This document shows positions 28,779 to 39,651 of a DNA stretch of 64,000 nt, one piece after another (the first letter of the stretch is position 1; each line of letters begins with the position of its first letter). Where the stretch lies: positions 128,001 through 192,000 of the forward strand of contig CAVUPH010000014.1 of the NCBI GenBank assembly GCA_963743305.1, in the 5' to 3' direction. The DNA comes from an uncultured delta proteobacterium. Its GTDB lineage: Bacteria; Desulfobacterota; RBG-13-43-22. The position numbers were made by a program, and so were the translations under genes. Below the pieces are notes generated by a model that had not been told where the DNA came from, searched no databases, and was given only the letters and a program-made list of their open reading frames with translations.

Positions 28779-30692
28779 ATGACGCGTACTTTTTATGTAA
28801 CTACTCCGATTTATTACGTCAACGCCGAACCCCATATCGGACATGCCTACAGTACGATCGTCGCCGATACGCTGAGCCGTTTCTATCGGGCCCAGGGGTA
28901 TGAAACCCGCTTCCAGACCGGGACGGACGAACACGGGGAAAAGGTAGTCCAGGCGGCCCAGAAAGAAGGGAAAGAGCCTCAACCGTATGCCGACCGCATC
29001 AGTCAGCTTTTTCAACAAACCTGGCCGGAACTGAATATTCAACCCGATCATTTTATCCGCACTACCGACCCGGAGCATGTGGCCGTGGTTACCGCCATTT
29101 TGTCGCGCGTCCACGAATCGGGGGATATTTATTTCAGCGAATACGGCGGACAGTATTGCGTCGGTTGCGAGCGCTTTTACACGGAACGGGAGATCGTCGA
29201 CGGACGCTGTCCGGACCATCAGACCCCGCTGACCTTTATCAAGGAAGCCAACTATTTCTTTCGCATGAGCGCTTATCAGGACTGGCTAATCCGGCACCTT
29301 CAGGAAAACCCCGATGCCATTCGCCCCGAACGCTACCGCAACGAAGTGCTATCCTTTCTGAAAGAACCGCTGGAGGACTTGTGCATTTCCCGCCCCAAGT
29401 CCCGCCTGACCTGGGGGATACCCCTGCCCTTTGACGATAACTATGTGACCTATGTCTGGTTTGACGCCCTGATCAATTATCTGACCGGTCTGGGCTACCC
29501 CGACGGCCCGCTGTTTCCCAAATTTTGGCCGGCGGTCGAGCACGTCATCGCCAAAGACATTTTAAAGCCCCATGGCATTTACTGGCCGATCATGCTCCAG
29601 GCCGCCGGGATCGCGCCCTATCGTCACTTGAATGTCCATGGCTACTGGAACCTGGATCAATCCAAAATCTCCAAGAGCCTGGGCAACGTCATCCGTCCCC
29701 GGCAGCTCAAAGACCGATTCGGGGCCGATGCCGTTCGTTACTTCTTTTTGCGGGAAATGGTTTTTGGTTTGGATGCCCAGTTCAGTGAAGAAAGCCTGAT
29801 CCAGCGGGTCAATGCCGATCTGGCCAACAACCTCGGCAATTGTTTCAGCCGGACCCTGACCATGATCGAAAAGTATTGCGGGGGCGCCATTCCCGAACCG
29901 GGGGCGCTGGGACCCGAAGAGCAGGTAATGAAAGACCACTTGCTCCAAGTTCGGCAAACCGTCGGCCAGGAGGTGCGGAAGGTGGCCTTTCACAAGGCCC
30001 TGATGGCCCTCTGGGAAGTGATTGACGGAGCCAATAAATACATCGACAGCCAGGCGCCCTGGGCCCTGGCCAAGGACCCGGCCCTCCAGGACCGGCTGAG
30101 GACGGTGCTCTATCTTTTGGCTGAAACCCTGAGGCAAACGGCGGTCCTGCTCAGCCCCTTTATGCCCCAAACGGCCGGCTCCATGCTGGAACAACTGGGT
30201 TGCGGGCGGGGAAAGGAGCCGGGTTCCTGGGAGGAGGAATTGGTTTGGGGACGGTTGGCGCCGGGAACCCCATTGGCGCGCGGACCGGCCTTGTTTCCCC
30301 GCATCGAAGTCAAGAAAGATACGCCGCCGCCGCCCTCCAAGAAGGTCCCCGCCGTAGAAACGAAGGTCCCTACCCTTTTGTCGATCGAGGAGTTTAAAAA
30401 ATGGGACCTGCGGGTTGCCCGGGTGCTGTCCGCCGAACGGATACCCAAGACGGACAAACTGATAAAAATGAAAATCGACCTGGGAGAAGAAAGGACCCTG
30501 GTGGCGGGAATTGGCCGGGATTATGCCCCGGAAGATCTGGTCGGCAAGTCCATCGTGGTGGTGGCCAACCTAAAACCCAGCCAACTGATGGGGGTGGAGT
30601 CCCAGGCCATGCTCCTGGCGGCCGGCGACGGGAAAAGTTTAGCGATCGTGGCCCCGGAAAAAGCGCTCCCGCCGGGAACCAAAGTGAAATAG
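28779..30692 (+). CDS. metG: Methionyl-tRNA synthetase
   Basis: TTPIYYVN, HIGH, YVWFDAL, KISKS, C-terminal tRNA-binding OB domain. Confidence 0.96.
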   Translation: MTRTFYVTTPIYYVNAEPHIGHAYSTIVADTLSRFYRAQGYETRFQTGTDEHGEKVVQAAQKEGKEPQPYADRISQLFQQTWPELNIQPDHFIRTTDPEHVAVVTAILSRVHESGDIYFSEYGGQYCVGCERFYTEREIVDGRCPDHQTPLTFIKEANYFFRMSAYQDWLIRHLQENPDAIRPERYRNEVLSFLKEPLEDLCISRPKSRLTWGIPLPFDDNYVTYVWFDALINYLTGLGYPDGPLFPKFWPAVEHVIAKDILKPHGIYWPIMLQAAGIAPYRHLNVHGYWNLDQSKISKSLGNVIRPRQLKDRFGADAVRYFFLREMVFGLDAQFSEESLIQRVNADLANNLGNCFSRTLTMIEKYCGGAIPEPGALGPEEQVMKDHLLQVRQTVGQEVRKVAFHKALMALWEVIDGANKYIDSQAPWALAKDPALQDRLRTVLYLLAETLRQTAVLLSPFMPQTAGSMLEQLGCGRGKEPGSWEEELVWGRLAPGTPLARGPALFPRIEVKKDTPPPPSKKVPAVETKVPTLLSIEEFKKWDLRVARVLSAERIPKTDKLIKMKIDLGEERTLVAGIGRDYAPEDLVGKSIVVVANLKPSQLMGVESQAMLLAAGDGKSLAIVAPEKALPPGTKVK

Positions 30693-30700
30693 CATTTGCC

Positions 30701-31120
30701 ATGCTGTCTCCGGAAGTTCTGCCGCACCGCTATCCCTTTCTCTTCATTGATCGGATCGAACGGATCGTTCCGGGGAAGGAGGGAATTTTTTCGGCCAACC
30801 GATCAACCGACAATTTTTTCTCTGCCGACCGGGTCCCGCCGTCCTTCAGTCAATCCCTATTGCTGGAGGTGATGGCCCAGGCGGCCGGGATCGTCCTGAT
30901 CGGCCGGCAACCACTGGAAACAGCCGCTGAAGTCCATCAGGGCTATCTGCTCAAATTGGATCAGGTTTTGTTTTTTCAACTCCCCCGGATGGGAGACCGG
31001 ATGTTAATCGCCATCGAAAAAACCCATAGTTTGGGAAGGCTCCATCGTTTTTCCGGTGAGGTCCGGACCGGGGAGACCCTCCTGGTCCGCGGGGAACTCA
31101 CCTTGTGGCAGGATGAATAA
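30701..31120 (+). CDS. FabZ-like hotdog dehydratase
   Basis: LPHRYPFLFID, LLEVMAQ. Confidence 0.8.
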   Translation: MLSPEVLPHRYPFLFIDRIERIVPGKEGIFSANRSTDNFFSADRVPPSFSQSLLLEVMAQAAGIVLIGRQPLETAAEVHQGYLLKLDQVLFFQLPRMGDRMLIAIEKTHSLGRLHRFSGEVRTGETLLVRGELTLWQDE

Positions 31121-31159
31121 CCTGTTATTATTTACCGAGTCTATTTCGCTCTGGTTTTT

Positions 31160-31900
31160 ATGCCCCACTTCGGACTGATCATTCCCGCTCATAATGTCGA
31201 AAAATCCCTGGTCGGAGTGATCCGCGGCGCCCGGAAATGGGTTCGGGATATCCTGGTGGTGAACGACGGTTCGACCGACCGAACCCAAGAAGCCGCCCGG
31301 GCAGAGGGGGTTCAGGTGGTGTCTTTTCCCACGAATGCCGGCAAGGGCCGGGCGCTGAAAACCGGATTCGCCCATTACCTGGATCGCGGGGTTGAGGCCA
31401 TCATTACTATGGACGGGGACGGACAGCATGATCCCGAGTTCCTTCCGGCCCTGATCGGAGAATATGGCCGGGGAGCGGCCCAAGTCATCATCGGCTCGCG
31501 ACTGGGAGACCGGGAGCGAATACCTAAAATCCGCTATTATCCCAATCTGGTCGGGACGTATTGCCTAAGCTGGGCCACGGGACAATATATACCGGACTCT
31601 CAGAGCGGTTTCCGCCTCTACCGGGCCAAGGAGTTAAGAGGACTCCCTTTGAAGGCCGACGGCTTTGCCTTGGAGACAGAGCTGCTGATTAAACTGGCGA
31701 AGAAAGGCGTTAAGATCGCTTCCGTTGCCGTTCCGGCCATCTATGACGAACCCGGGCCTCGTTCCCACTATCGACCCGTGGCCGATACCTATCAGATCAG
31801 CATCATGGTCCTGAGAAGCATCTTCTGGCCTCGACTGACGAAGCGCCCCAGAGGGGTCTTCTGGCTTCCTTTTCGACAAAGAAGGCCGGCTCAGCCGTGA
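31160..31900 (+). CDS. GT2 glycosyltransferase (DPM-like)
   Basis: VNDGSTD, NAGKG, MDGDGQH, DSQSGFR. Confidence 0.92.
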   Translation: MPHFGLIIPAHNVEKSLVGVIRGARKWVRDILVVNDGSTDRTQEAARAEGVQVVSFPTNAGKGRALKTGFAHYLDRGVEAIITMDGDGQHDPEFLPALIGEYGRGAAQVIIGSRLGDRERIPKIRYYPNLVGTYCLSWATGQYIPDSQSGFRLYRAKELRGLPLKADGFALETELLIKLAKKGVKIASVAVPAIYDEPGPRSHYRPVADTYQISIMVLRSIFWPRLTKRPRGVFWLPFRQRRPAQP

Positions 31901-33114
31901 ATCCCCGGCGGGTGGTGGTTACCGGTTTGGGCGTTATTACCTCGATCGGCCATAACCGGGTTGAATTTTGGAAAAACCTGATTGCCGGCCGGAGCGGGAT
32001 CGGCCCCTTTGATCTTTTCGACCCCACCGGCTTCCGAGTTCAGATAGCCGCCCAGGTACGTAATTTTTCCGCAACCGACTATTTCAGCCGGCGGGAAATT
32101 CAGCGGCTTTCCCGGGCGGATCTATTTGGTCTGATAGCGGCCGGGGAGGCCCTGGGGGATGCCGGCCTGGAAAAAGGTTTTGAATCCCCGGATCGGGTAG
32201 CGGTGTTTTTGGGGGCCGCCGCCGGGGGGATTTATCCCACGGAGCTCTATCGTCAGGAAGTCTATCAGCGAAAAAAAAGAAGGCATCCGGCTATTCTTTT
32301 GTCCTTTCCGTTTTGCACCCTCACCGATCAGATAGGCAACCGCTACGGTGTATCCGGTCCCCGGGCCACTATCGACACGGCCTGCTCTTCAACGATCACC
32401 GCCATTGGTTTAGGCTTCGACTGGATCAGGGACGGTTTAGTGGATTTCGTCGTCACCGGGGGGACCGAATCGCTTTCTCAATTGACCTTTTCCGGGTTTA
32501 ATACCCTGAAGGCCCTGGATCCCCAGCCTTGCCGGCCCTTTGACCGGCAGCGTCAGGGTCTTTCGCTGGGAGAGGGGGCCGGGATGATGATCCTGGAACC
32601 GCTGGAACAGGCCCGGTCCAGGGGTGCGAAAATATATGCCGAGATTCTGGGGTACGGCACTTCGGCCGATGCCCACCACATTACGGCGCCGCATCCCGAA
32701 GGCTACGGCGCGGTCTTATCCATGCAGCGGGCCATGCAGCGGGCCGGGATCACTGCGTCGTCCGTGGATTTCATCAGTGCCCACGGCACGGCCACCCCGG
32801 CCAATGATCCCATTGAGACCAAGGCCATCAAGGGAGTTTTCGGGGAGCGGGCCTCCAGGATCCCGGTCACCTCGATAAAATCATCGATCGGACACTGCCT
32901 GGGATCTGCCGGGGTGTTGGGGGCCGAGTCGGCCATCCTCGCCCTGCTTCACGGGGTCCTGCCCCCCACCTTGCATTTTAAGGAGCGGGACCCGGATTGC
33001 GACCTGGACGTAGTGTTCAACCAAGCCCGAAAAAAGGAGGTGGCTACCGTAATCTGCAACGCCTTTGCCTTCGGGGGCAATAACAGTTCCATTATTTTTT
33101 CCAAACTGAGATGA
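31897..33114 (+). CDS. Beta-ketoacyl-ACP synthase (FabF-like)
   Basis: DTACSS, SAHGT, KSSIGH catalytic triad. Confidence 0.92.
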   Translation: MNPRRVVVTGLGVITSIGHNRVEFWKNLIAGRSGIGPFDLFDPTGFRVQIAAQVRNFSATDYFSRREIQRLSRADLFGLIAAGEALGDAGLEKGFESPDRVAVFLGAAAGGIYPTELYRQEVYQRKKRRHPAILLSFPFCTLTDQIGNRYGVSGPRATIDTACSSTITAIGLGFDWIRDGLVDFVVTGGTESLSQLTFSGFNTLKALDPQPCRPFDRQRQGLSLGEGAGMMILEPLEQARSRGAKIYAEILGYGTSADAHHITAPHPEGYGAVLSMQRAMQRAGITASSVDFISAHGTATPANDPIETKAIKGVFGERASRIPVTSIKSSIGHCLGSAGVLGAESAILALLHGVLPPTLHFKERDPDCDLDVVFNQARKKEVATVICNAFAFGGNNSSIIFSKLR

Positions 33115-34338
33115 TTGACGGATTCGCCAGCACCGGAATAGTCGTCACCGGTATCGGGATTATCGGTTCCCTGGGGATAGGGCGGGAGACCTTTTGGAAT
33201 AATTTTCTATCCGGCCAATCCGGGATTAAAACCGATCCAGGAATTCCTTCCCCTGGAAACAAAGATTCACTTCGGCGGGGAGGTGGAAGGGTTCCGTCCC
33301 AAGGAGTATCTCTCGCCCCTGGTTTATCGAAAGATGGGCCGGTCTTCCCGGCTGGCCGTAGTGGCCAGCCTGGAGGCCCTGCAGGATGCCGGACTGGAGA
33401 TCAATGACCTCAATAGGGATCGCATCGGGGTCTTTGCCGGCACGGGTTACGGCAATTCCGGGCTGACGGACGAATATTTTGTCAGTTTCATGGAAGGCGG
33501 CCCCCAGGGGGCCAATCCCCTTTTATTTGCCGATACGGTCCCCAATACGGCCGGCAGCCACATCAGCCTCTATCATCGCTTGCGGGGCCCCATCACCACC
33601 TTTTGCCAGAATTTAATCTCCGCCGAACTGGCCTTGATCTATGCCTGCCGGCAGTTGCAGGCCGGATCGGCCGAGGCCATCCTGGTGGTGGGGGTGGATG
33701 AGCTTTCTCCCATCGTTATGCATGCCTTTTCGGTGTTAAAAGGGCTGAATCCCTCCATCAATCCTATTCTGGGAGGGGGGCCGGTTTTAGGAGAAGGGGC
33801 CTGCGTTCTGGTTTTGGAACGCCGGGAGCAGGCCCTCATCCGCCGGGCTCCGATTTACGGGGAGATCTCCGCTCTGGCCCTGAACAGCGGGGTTACCCGG
33901 GCGGGCCACTATGAAGAGGAAGGCCGGGCCATGAAAAAGGTGGTTCAGGAATGCCTGGATAAAGAGGGGACTCGCGGCAGGACGCCGGATCTGATCAGCC
34001 TCTCGGCCGATTTTTCAGGGGAGCTGGATCCCCGCGAATTCCAGGTTCTGCGGGAGATTTTCGGGAACGGCTGGTCCGGGATTGCCCTTTCCCCGTTGAA
34101 ATATTTCGCCGGAGAATATGGCGGGATGGGGGCGCTTCGGTTGGCTATACTCCTTTTAGCTTTCCGGGACCAGATGATCCCCCCCACGGTGAACCCGGAC
34201 CAATTGGAAGCGGGAACCCCCTGGGACCGGCGTTACCTGCCCGCCCGCCCCGGGAAAATCAATCGGGGCCTGCTGACCGGCTTCACCTTCGGAGGCGGGA
34301 ACGCCTGCCTGGCGGTTCAAAAAAGTCCCGGTTTATAG
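33111..34338 (+). CDS. Non-catalytic ketosynthase homologue (chain-length-factor-like), frameshift near 33260
   Basis: KS fold motifs (VVTGIG, LGEGA, FGGGN) without TACSS or the His residues. Confidence 0.78.
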
Positions 34339-35676
34339 GAATCCGGCGCCTTCGGCCCGTTCCCGCTCTTTTCGGCCTTCCGTCAAATCCACCCCTTTGA
34401 GGAGCAGGAACCCGATGACAAACAGGATTCCAATGGATAGAATTCCCCAACGCAGGCTCCCGGTGATCTGAATAGTCAGCCCGTAGATCAGGGGCCCGAA
34501 GATAGCCGAAAATTTCCCGATCACTCCAAAAAAACCAAAGAACTCAGCGCTGGCTTTGGGTGGGGTTAATTGCCCCTGCAGGGCCCGCGAGGCCGATTGA
34601 CTTCCGCCCAAAACCAGACCGGCCAGGAATCCCAGGGCCCAGAACTCATTTTTCAGGGACCCGAAGAATCCCAGGAAAAAAGCCCAAACCGTAATGAGCA
34701 TCCAGACCATTAAACTTAGCGTAATCGCCTGTTTATTTCCCCAGGCCTCGGACAGTTTTCCAAATAGCAATGCCCCCCCGAAGGCTGTAGCCTGGATAAA
34801 GAGAAAGAAGAGGATCAGCTCCTGGTCCTTAAAGCCCACGATCTCCGCCCCAAAAATAGAAGCCATGATGATCACGGTTTCCACCCCCTCGTTATAAAAG
34901 AGATAGGCCAGGAGAAAACGTCCCAGTTGCCGAAATTGGCCTACTCGTTTCCCGGTTTCGGAGAGGCGTCGAAAACCGATAGCCAGATAGTTTTGACTTT
35001 GACCGGATGGCAGCGAGTGCCGGGGGGAGGCTTTTTCCCTCACCCAGACCATGGTCGGAAGAGCAAAAAGCAGCCACCAGAGGGCGGCGGAAAGAAAACA
35101 ATCCTGGACGGTAAAATAGCCGCGGGGAAGTCCCAGCAGGAAGGGGAATTGGAGCATAATCAGGTTGATCAGCAACAGCAGTCCGCCGCCCAGGTAGCCT
35201 ACGGCCCAACCCAACCCGGAAACCCAGCCCAATTGTTCCTCCCGGCAGATCTCCGGCAGAAAGGCGTTATAAAAAACATTTCCGGCGGCAAAGCCGATAT
35301 TGGCCAGGATGAAGAAAAAAGCGGCCCTCAGGTAGGTCCCTTCACGGGTAAAGTAGAGCAGTCCGGTGAAGATTACTCCGACCAGCCAAAAAAATACCAA
35401 CATCTTTTTCTTGGCCCGGGAATAGTCGGCTATGGCGCCTAATACCGGGGCCAAAATGGCAGAAATAGCCAAGCTGACCGAGACGGTAAAGGTAAAAAAG
35501 GCCGCCCCATGGAAATGCATCCCTAAAAAATCCACCCCCTGGGCCCCCTGCGCGATTTTCAGGGCGAAGTATTTATTGAAAATCACCGCCAGGATCGTCG
35601 TGGCAAAAGCGGAATTGGCAAAGTCATAAGAAGCCCAACTGTAAATTTCCCGACGGTTATATGCAGGATCAGGCAT
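34333..35676 (-). CDS. MFS transporter (UMF1/ATG22-like)
   Basis: WASYDFANSAF, FYNAFLP, GWAVGYLGG, EFFGF. Confidence 0.92.
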   Translation of the reverse strand: MPDPAYNRREIYSWASYDFANSAFATTILAVIFNKYFALKIAQGAQGVDFLGMHFHGAAFFTFTVSVSLAISAILAPVLGAIADYSRAKKKMLVFFWLVGVIFTGLLYFTREGTYLRAAFFFILANIGFAAGNVFYNAFLPEICREEQLGWVSGLGWAVGYLGGGLLLLINLIMLQFPFLLGLPRGYFTVQDCFLSAALWWLLFALPTMVWVREKASPRHSLPSGQSQNYLAIGFRRLSETGKRVGQFRQLGRFLLAYLFYNEGVETVIIMASIFGAEIVGFKDQELILFFLFIQATAFGGALLFGKLSEAWGNKQAITLSLMVWMLITVWAFFLGFFGSLKNEFWALGFLAGLVLGGSQSASRALQGQLTPPKASAEFFGFFGVIGKFSAIFGPLIYGLTIQITGSLRWGILSIGILFVIGFLLLKGVDLTEGRKERERAEGAGFL

Positions 35677-35679
35677 CCA

Positions 35680-35854
35680 TGATAACCTCGCAAAAAGTCA
35701 AAATACAACTTTCTGCTCGGCGGGGGAGGGGAAGCCCTCCTCCGCCATTTGAAGTGAATTCAAATGGTCCCACCCCCACCCCAGCCCGGCGCTTATTCGC
35801 GCTCGGCCTGTTGACGACCTTCTTCCGAGTCCGTCCATGATAACCTCGCAAAAA
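35680..35854 (+). mobile_element. MITE copy 3 plus an extra terminal repeat
   Basis: Homologous to 5930-6086; followed by TGATAACCTCGCAAAAA at 35838. Confidence 0.85.
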
Positions 35855-35863
35855 TTCTCCCGG

Positions 35864-37639
35864 TTAGAAGAGGGACAATTGTCGACGGCGAGGGCGGTGC
35901 GGCTTCAAGGTTTCCGGTAGGGAGACGGTTGATTTCAGCATTTCCTCGATATCTCCTAAAAAAGGAGAGGGCGCCTGCCACAGCGTTTGCCCGTACAAGC
36001 GTCTTTTTTTCGCCCAGGTTAAAAAAATATTTTGGGTGGCCCGGGTCAGGCCGACATAAAAAAGGCGCCGTTCTTCCTCCGGGTCACTTTCTCTAAAAAC
36101 GGTCAGGGGCAACAGGTTAGCCTCGCACCCGGAAAGGATGACAAAGGGAAACTCCAATCCCTTGGCGGCGTGGAGGGTCAGGAGTTTAACATTTTCCTGA
36201 TCCGGTTCATAGGAATCCAAACCGGTCTGCAGGGAAAGGATCTCCAGGAAAGATTCCAGACCGCCTTGGAAGGTGGCGGCCAGAAAACGAAGTTTCTTGA
36301 GGCCCTCGGTGGGTTGGTTCGGGTCGGTTCCCGAAGCCCGGCGCTGGGGGACGTTCGGGTCTCGACTCGGAAGGGTAAGGGCTTGCTCAACCGCCTTCAG
36401 CGCTGTTCCTTGAAAGGGAAGCAGGGATTTCAAGCGGGCAAACAACTGCCGAACTTCAGGGCAATCGGACCAATGCCTTTCCTGAACCTTCTTATAGGGA
36501 ACGCCTTTTTCATCAAAGATCCGGCCGATTATTTCCCCCTGGTCATGAAGCCGGTAAAGGACGGCAAAGTCGGCCAGGCTGACCGATTGTTCATCGGTAG
36601 CCGCAGGTCCCGAGGTCAGGAAAGAAAAGCCGCCCAGACGCTGTTCGATCAATTCCGCCAGATAACGGGCTTCTTCCTCGGCCGAAGGCAGCTCCGCTAC
36701 AGGAAGGGTCGGATCTCCGATTTTGGCGGTCTTCATTCGGAAGGGGACGGCCCGTGAAGAGGCGGAGATGACCTGGCTGGAGGCTTTCAGGATGGTTTGA
36801 TTCAGCCGAAAGGTGTCTTCTAAATGAATTTCGGTTAACCGGGGGACTTCCCCCCTCAGTCGATCAAAAAAATCCGCCCTCGCCCCGCGGAAACCGTAAA
36901 TAGCCTGATTCGGGTCACCGATCACCAACCACTCACCCTGGTCGCCGGTCAGCAGGCGGAAGAGGCGATACTGGGCGGTATTAATGTCTTGAAATTCATC
37001 GACTAACACCTGGGGAACCCGGAGTTGCCACTGTTTTCGAAAAACCGGTTGTTCCTGCAGAAGAAAGACCGTTTGCTGAATCAGATCATCAAAATCCCAC
37101 CAGTTTTGATCGGAGAGCCGCTTCTGGTATGTCCGATAAACTGCGGGCCACTCCGGTAAACCGTCCCACTCAGGCAGTTGTTCCGCCTCTTCGGGTGTGC
37201 GGAGTGAGCCTTTGGCTAAAGAAATGCGCCGGGCTAGCTCCTTCAGTTGCTTTGCCGGCAATTTATTCCGGAGACCTCGCCGGGAGCTGCTTAGTACATC
37301 TAAGGCCTCGTTTTCAGACAATAACTTATGGTTGGGAAAAAAGGACTGCCGGAGGAGCCTGTAGCTGAAACCATGAAATGTGGTTATCCAGGGATGGTCG
37401 GCGCCCGAATCCCGGGGAAGGAGTTGCGCCGCCCGAACCCGCATTTCCTCCGCGGCTTGATTAGTAAAGGTAACGGCTAAAATGTTTTTGGGGGAAAGAC
37501 CCTGCTCAAGGACCAAATAGGCCAAGCGATGGGTTAAGGTCCGGGTTTTCCCCGTCCCCGGGCCGGCTAAGACCATTAGAGGGCCTCCGCGGTAGGTCAC
37601 CGCCTGCCATTGTTGGGCTGTTAAGGCCGCCTGGTTCAT
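35864..37639 (-). CDS. UvrD/REP family helicase
   Basis: AGPGTGKT, DEFQD, GDPNQAIYGFRGA, TLHAAKGLEF, EERRLFYVGLTRA. Confidence 0.93.
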   Translation of the reverse strand: MNQAALTAQQWQAVTYRGGPLMVLAGPGTGKTRTLTHRLAYLVLEQGLSPKNILAVTFTNQAAEEMRVRAAQLLPRDSGADHPWITTFHGFSYRLLRQSFFPNHKLLSENEALDVLSSSRRGLRNKLPAKQLKELARRISLAKGSLRTPEEAEQLPEWDGLPEWPAVYRTYQKRLSDQNWWDFDDLIQQTVFLLQEQPVFRKQWQLRVPQVLVDEFQDINTAQYRLFRLLTGDQGEWLVIGDPNQAIYGFRGARADFFDRLRGEVPRLTEIHLEDTFRLNQTILKASSQVISASSRAVPFRMKTAKIGDPTLPVAELPSAEEEARYLAELIEQRLGGFSFLTSGPAATDEQSVSLADFAVLYRLHDQGEIIGRIFDEKGVPYKKVQERHWSDCPEVRQLFARLKSLLPFQGTALKAVEQALTLPSRDPNVPQRRASGTDPNQPTEGLKKLRFLAATFQGGLESFLEILSLQTGLDSYEPDQENVKLLTLHAAKGLEFPFVILSGCEANLLPLTVFRESDPEEERRLFYVGLTRATQNIFLTWAKKRRLYGQTLWQAPSPFLGDIEEMLKSTVSLPETLKPHRPRRRQLSLF

Positions 37640-37694
37640 GGTTGGTAGTCAAAAATGGCGGAGGTGATTGTCTCCTTCCGGAGCCTGAAAAAAG

Positions 37695-37725
37695 GGAAAG
37701 GCCCGGAAATATTCCGGGCCTTTCC
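37695..37725 (-). terminator. Terminator after ferredoxin
   Basis: GGAAAGGCCCGGAA / TTCCGGGCCTTTCC. Confidence 0.7.
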
Positions 37726-37747
37726 AAAAAAGCACCGTGAAAAAAGG

Positions 37748-37933
37748 TTAAACTTCTTTTACAGTGATTGCAGCAGTTTCACAAACTTCCACGCAACTTT
37801 CGCAGCCCAAGCATTCATCCATATTAACGGGAACGGCCTTGTTGTCCTGCAATTCGAATACCCCTACCGGACAAGTATCGACGCAATTGGAATCCCCAGT
37901 GCATTTGTCCGTGTCCACGGTTACCTGAAACAT
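37748..37933 (-). CDS. Dicluster-type ferredoxin
   Basis: CTGDSNCVDTCP and CLGCESCVEVC; strong RBS. Confidence 0.92.
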   Translation of the reverse strand: MFQVTVDTDKCTGDSNCVDTCPVGVFELQDNKAVPVNMDECLGCESCVEVCETAAITVKEV

Positions 37934-38191
37934 TGATGTTTCCTCCTTGCTTTTTGGTTGGTTTGTTCACCAAAGAACGGTGTCTTGATTTATAAAGGCC
38001 TTATTCTGGTGGTCAAACGATAAACGGGGAGAGACTAAAACATTTTTCTATAAAGGTCAAATATTTTTTTCCATGAGATAGAATGGCGGGGCAATAAGCG
38101 TTGACCGCCGAAATAATTGTGATAAACTGATCTATAAAAGAAGAATAAATCTTTCATCAATGATTTAAGCAAATTATCAGAGGAGCCGCCG

Positions 38192-38920
38192 ATGTTGAGT
38201 GATCGGGAAGTCCAACGGTACGACCGCCAAATCATGCTTCAGGGGTTTGGGATCGAAGGACAGGAAAAATTAAAAAAAAGCCGCGTGCTGGTAGCCGGCG
38301 TGGGCGGGTTAGGTTCCCCGGCGGCCATCTATTTAGCGGCGGCCGGGATAGGATCATTGCGTCTGGTAGATCGGGATCAAGTGGAACTGAGCAATTTGAA
38401 TCGCCAAATCCTTCATTGGGAAGAGGACTTGGGCCGCTATAAGGTGGAATCCGCCCGGAGGAAGCTATCCGGACTCAACCCGGAAGTGGCGATCGAGATT
38501 GTTCAGGAGGATATCCGGGAAGATAACCTTTCCGACTTGATGGCTGGATGCGACCTGATCGTCGACGGACTGGATAATTTCTCGACCCGCTATCTCATCA
38601 ATCGATTTATCCAGAAAAATGGCCTGCCCTTTATTTATGGGGGCATCCTGGGGATGATGGGCATGGCCACATTCATCTGGCCGGGGCGAACACCCTGTCT
38701 GAAATGCCTCTTCCCCCAAGCCCCTGAACCTAAAAAATTCCCGGTACTGGGCACCACTCCCGGAATCATTGGACTGATTGAAGCCAACGAGGCGATCAAA
38801 TATCTGGTGGGCCTGGGTAAGCTATTGACCGGGAGGCTTTTGGTTTACAATGGCCAGGAGCTGCGTTTTTCCGAGGTGCCGATCGACCGAAACCCGGAGT
38901 GCCCGGCCTGTGCGGCTTAG
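38192..38920 (+). CDS. ThiF/MoeB adenylyltransferase
   Basis: RYDRQ, GVGGLG, SNLNRQ, two CxxC. Confidence 0.92.
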   Translation: MLSDREVQRYDRQIMLQGFGIEGQEKLKKSRVLVAGVGGLGSPAAIYLAAAGIGSLRLVDRDQVELSNLNRQILHWEEDLGRYKVESARRKLSGLNPEVAIEIVQEDIREDNLSDLMAGCDLIVDGLDNFSTRYLINRFIQKNGLPFIYGGILGMMGMATFIWPGRTPCLKCLFPQAPEPKKFPVLGTTPGIIGLIEANEAIKYLVGLGKLLTGRLLVYNGQELRFSEVPIDRNPECPACAA

Positions 38921-38939
38921 TTTTCCTAAGGGAATACCC

Positions 38940-39626
38940 ATGACCGATCCTATAAAAATAAATCCCCTGTTCAGTGGGTTGGATGAGGAGGGTTTGCTCC
39001 GTATCAAAGAAATTTCCGGCCGCCGGGAGATAAAGAAAGGGGAAAGTCTCTTCAGCCAAGGAGAGGAGGCTCAAGGTTTTTATCTGGTCCTGCAGGGACG
39101 AATAAAAATTTATCGTTTGTCTCCCCAGGGGAAAGAGTATGTCTTGCGGATCGTCGGCCCTGGAGAAACGTTGGCAGAAGCGGCTGTTTTTTCAGGAAAA
39201 ACATATCCAGCCTCAGCCGATTCTCTGGAGGACAGCCGACTTTATTATTTTAGAAAGAGTGACTTCGTTCACCTCATCCGACAGGACCCCCAATTGGCCC
39301 TGAATATGATTTCCGGCCTCTCCCTCCTGCTTCGGAATCTGGCCCAGCAGGTGGAGGACCTTTCCCTGCATGAGGTCTCCTCCCGTCTGGCCCGTTATCT
39401 ACTGGATCAAGCCGATAAAAAGAATATCCCCTTGATTGACGGAGTCCAAATTCCGCTCGAAGTGAAAAAAAATCTGCTGGCCAGCCGATTGGGGACTATT
39501 GGAGAGACCCTTTCCAGGACATTGGCCAAAATGAAACAGCGGGGACTTCTGGAGATCAAAAAAGATGCCGTTATCATTCAGAACCTTGAGCTGCTAAAAG
39601 AGGTTGCCGAGGGGTTCAAATTATAA
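38940..39626 (+). CDS. Crp/Fnr family regulator (HcpR-like)
   Basis: cNMP-binding domain; HTH LASRLGTIGETLSR. Confidence 0.9.
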   Translation: MTDPIKINPLFSGLDEEGLLRIKEISGRREIKKGESLFSQGEEAQGFYLVLQGRIKIYRLSPQGKEYVLRIVGPGETLAEAAVFSGKTYPASADSLEDSRLYYFRKSDFVHLIRQDPQLALNMISGLSLLLRNLAQQVEDLSLHEVSSRLARYLLDQADKKNIPLIDGVQIPLEVKKNLLASRLGTIGETLSRTLAKMKQRGLLEIKKDAVIIQNLELLKEVAEGFKL

Positions 39627-39651
39627 TACAGTTTTTATCAGGAGGTTGATT

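Noticed and set aside
37981-38000. FNR/HcpR box upstream of the ferredoxin
   Set aside because: Only the TTGAT half-site matches
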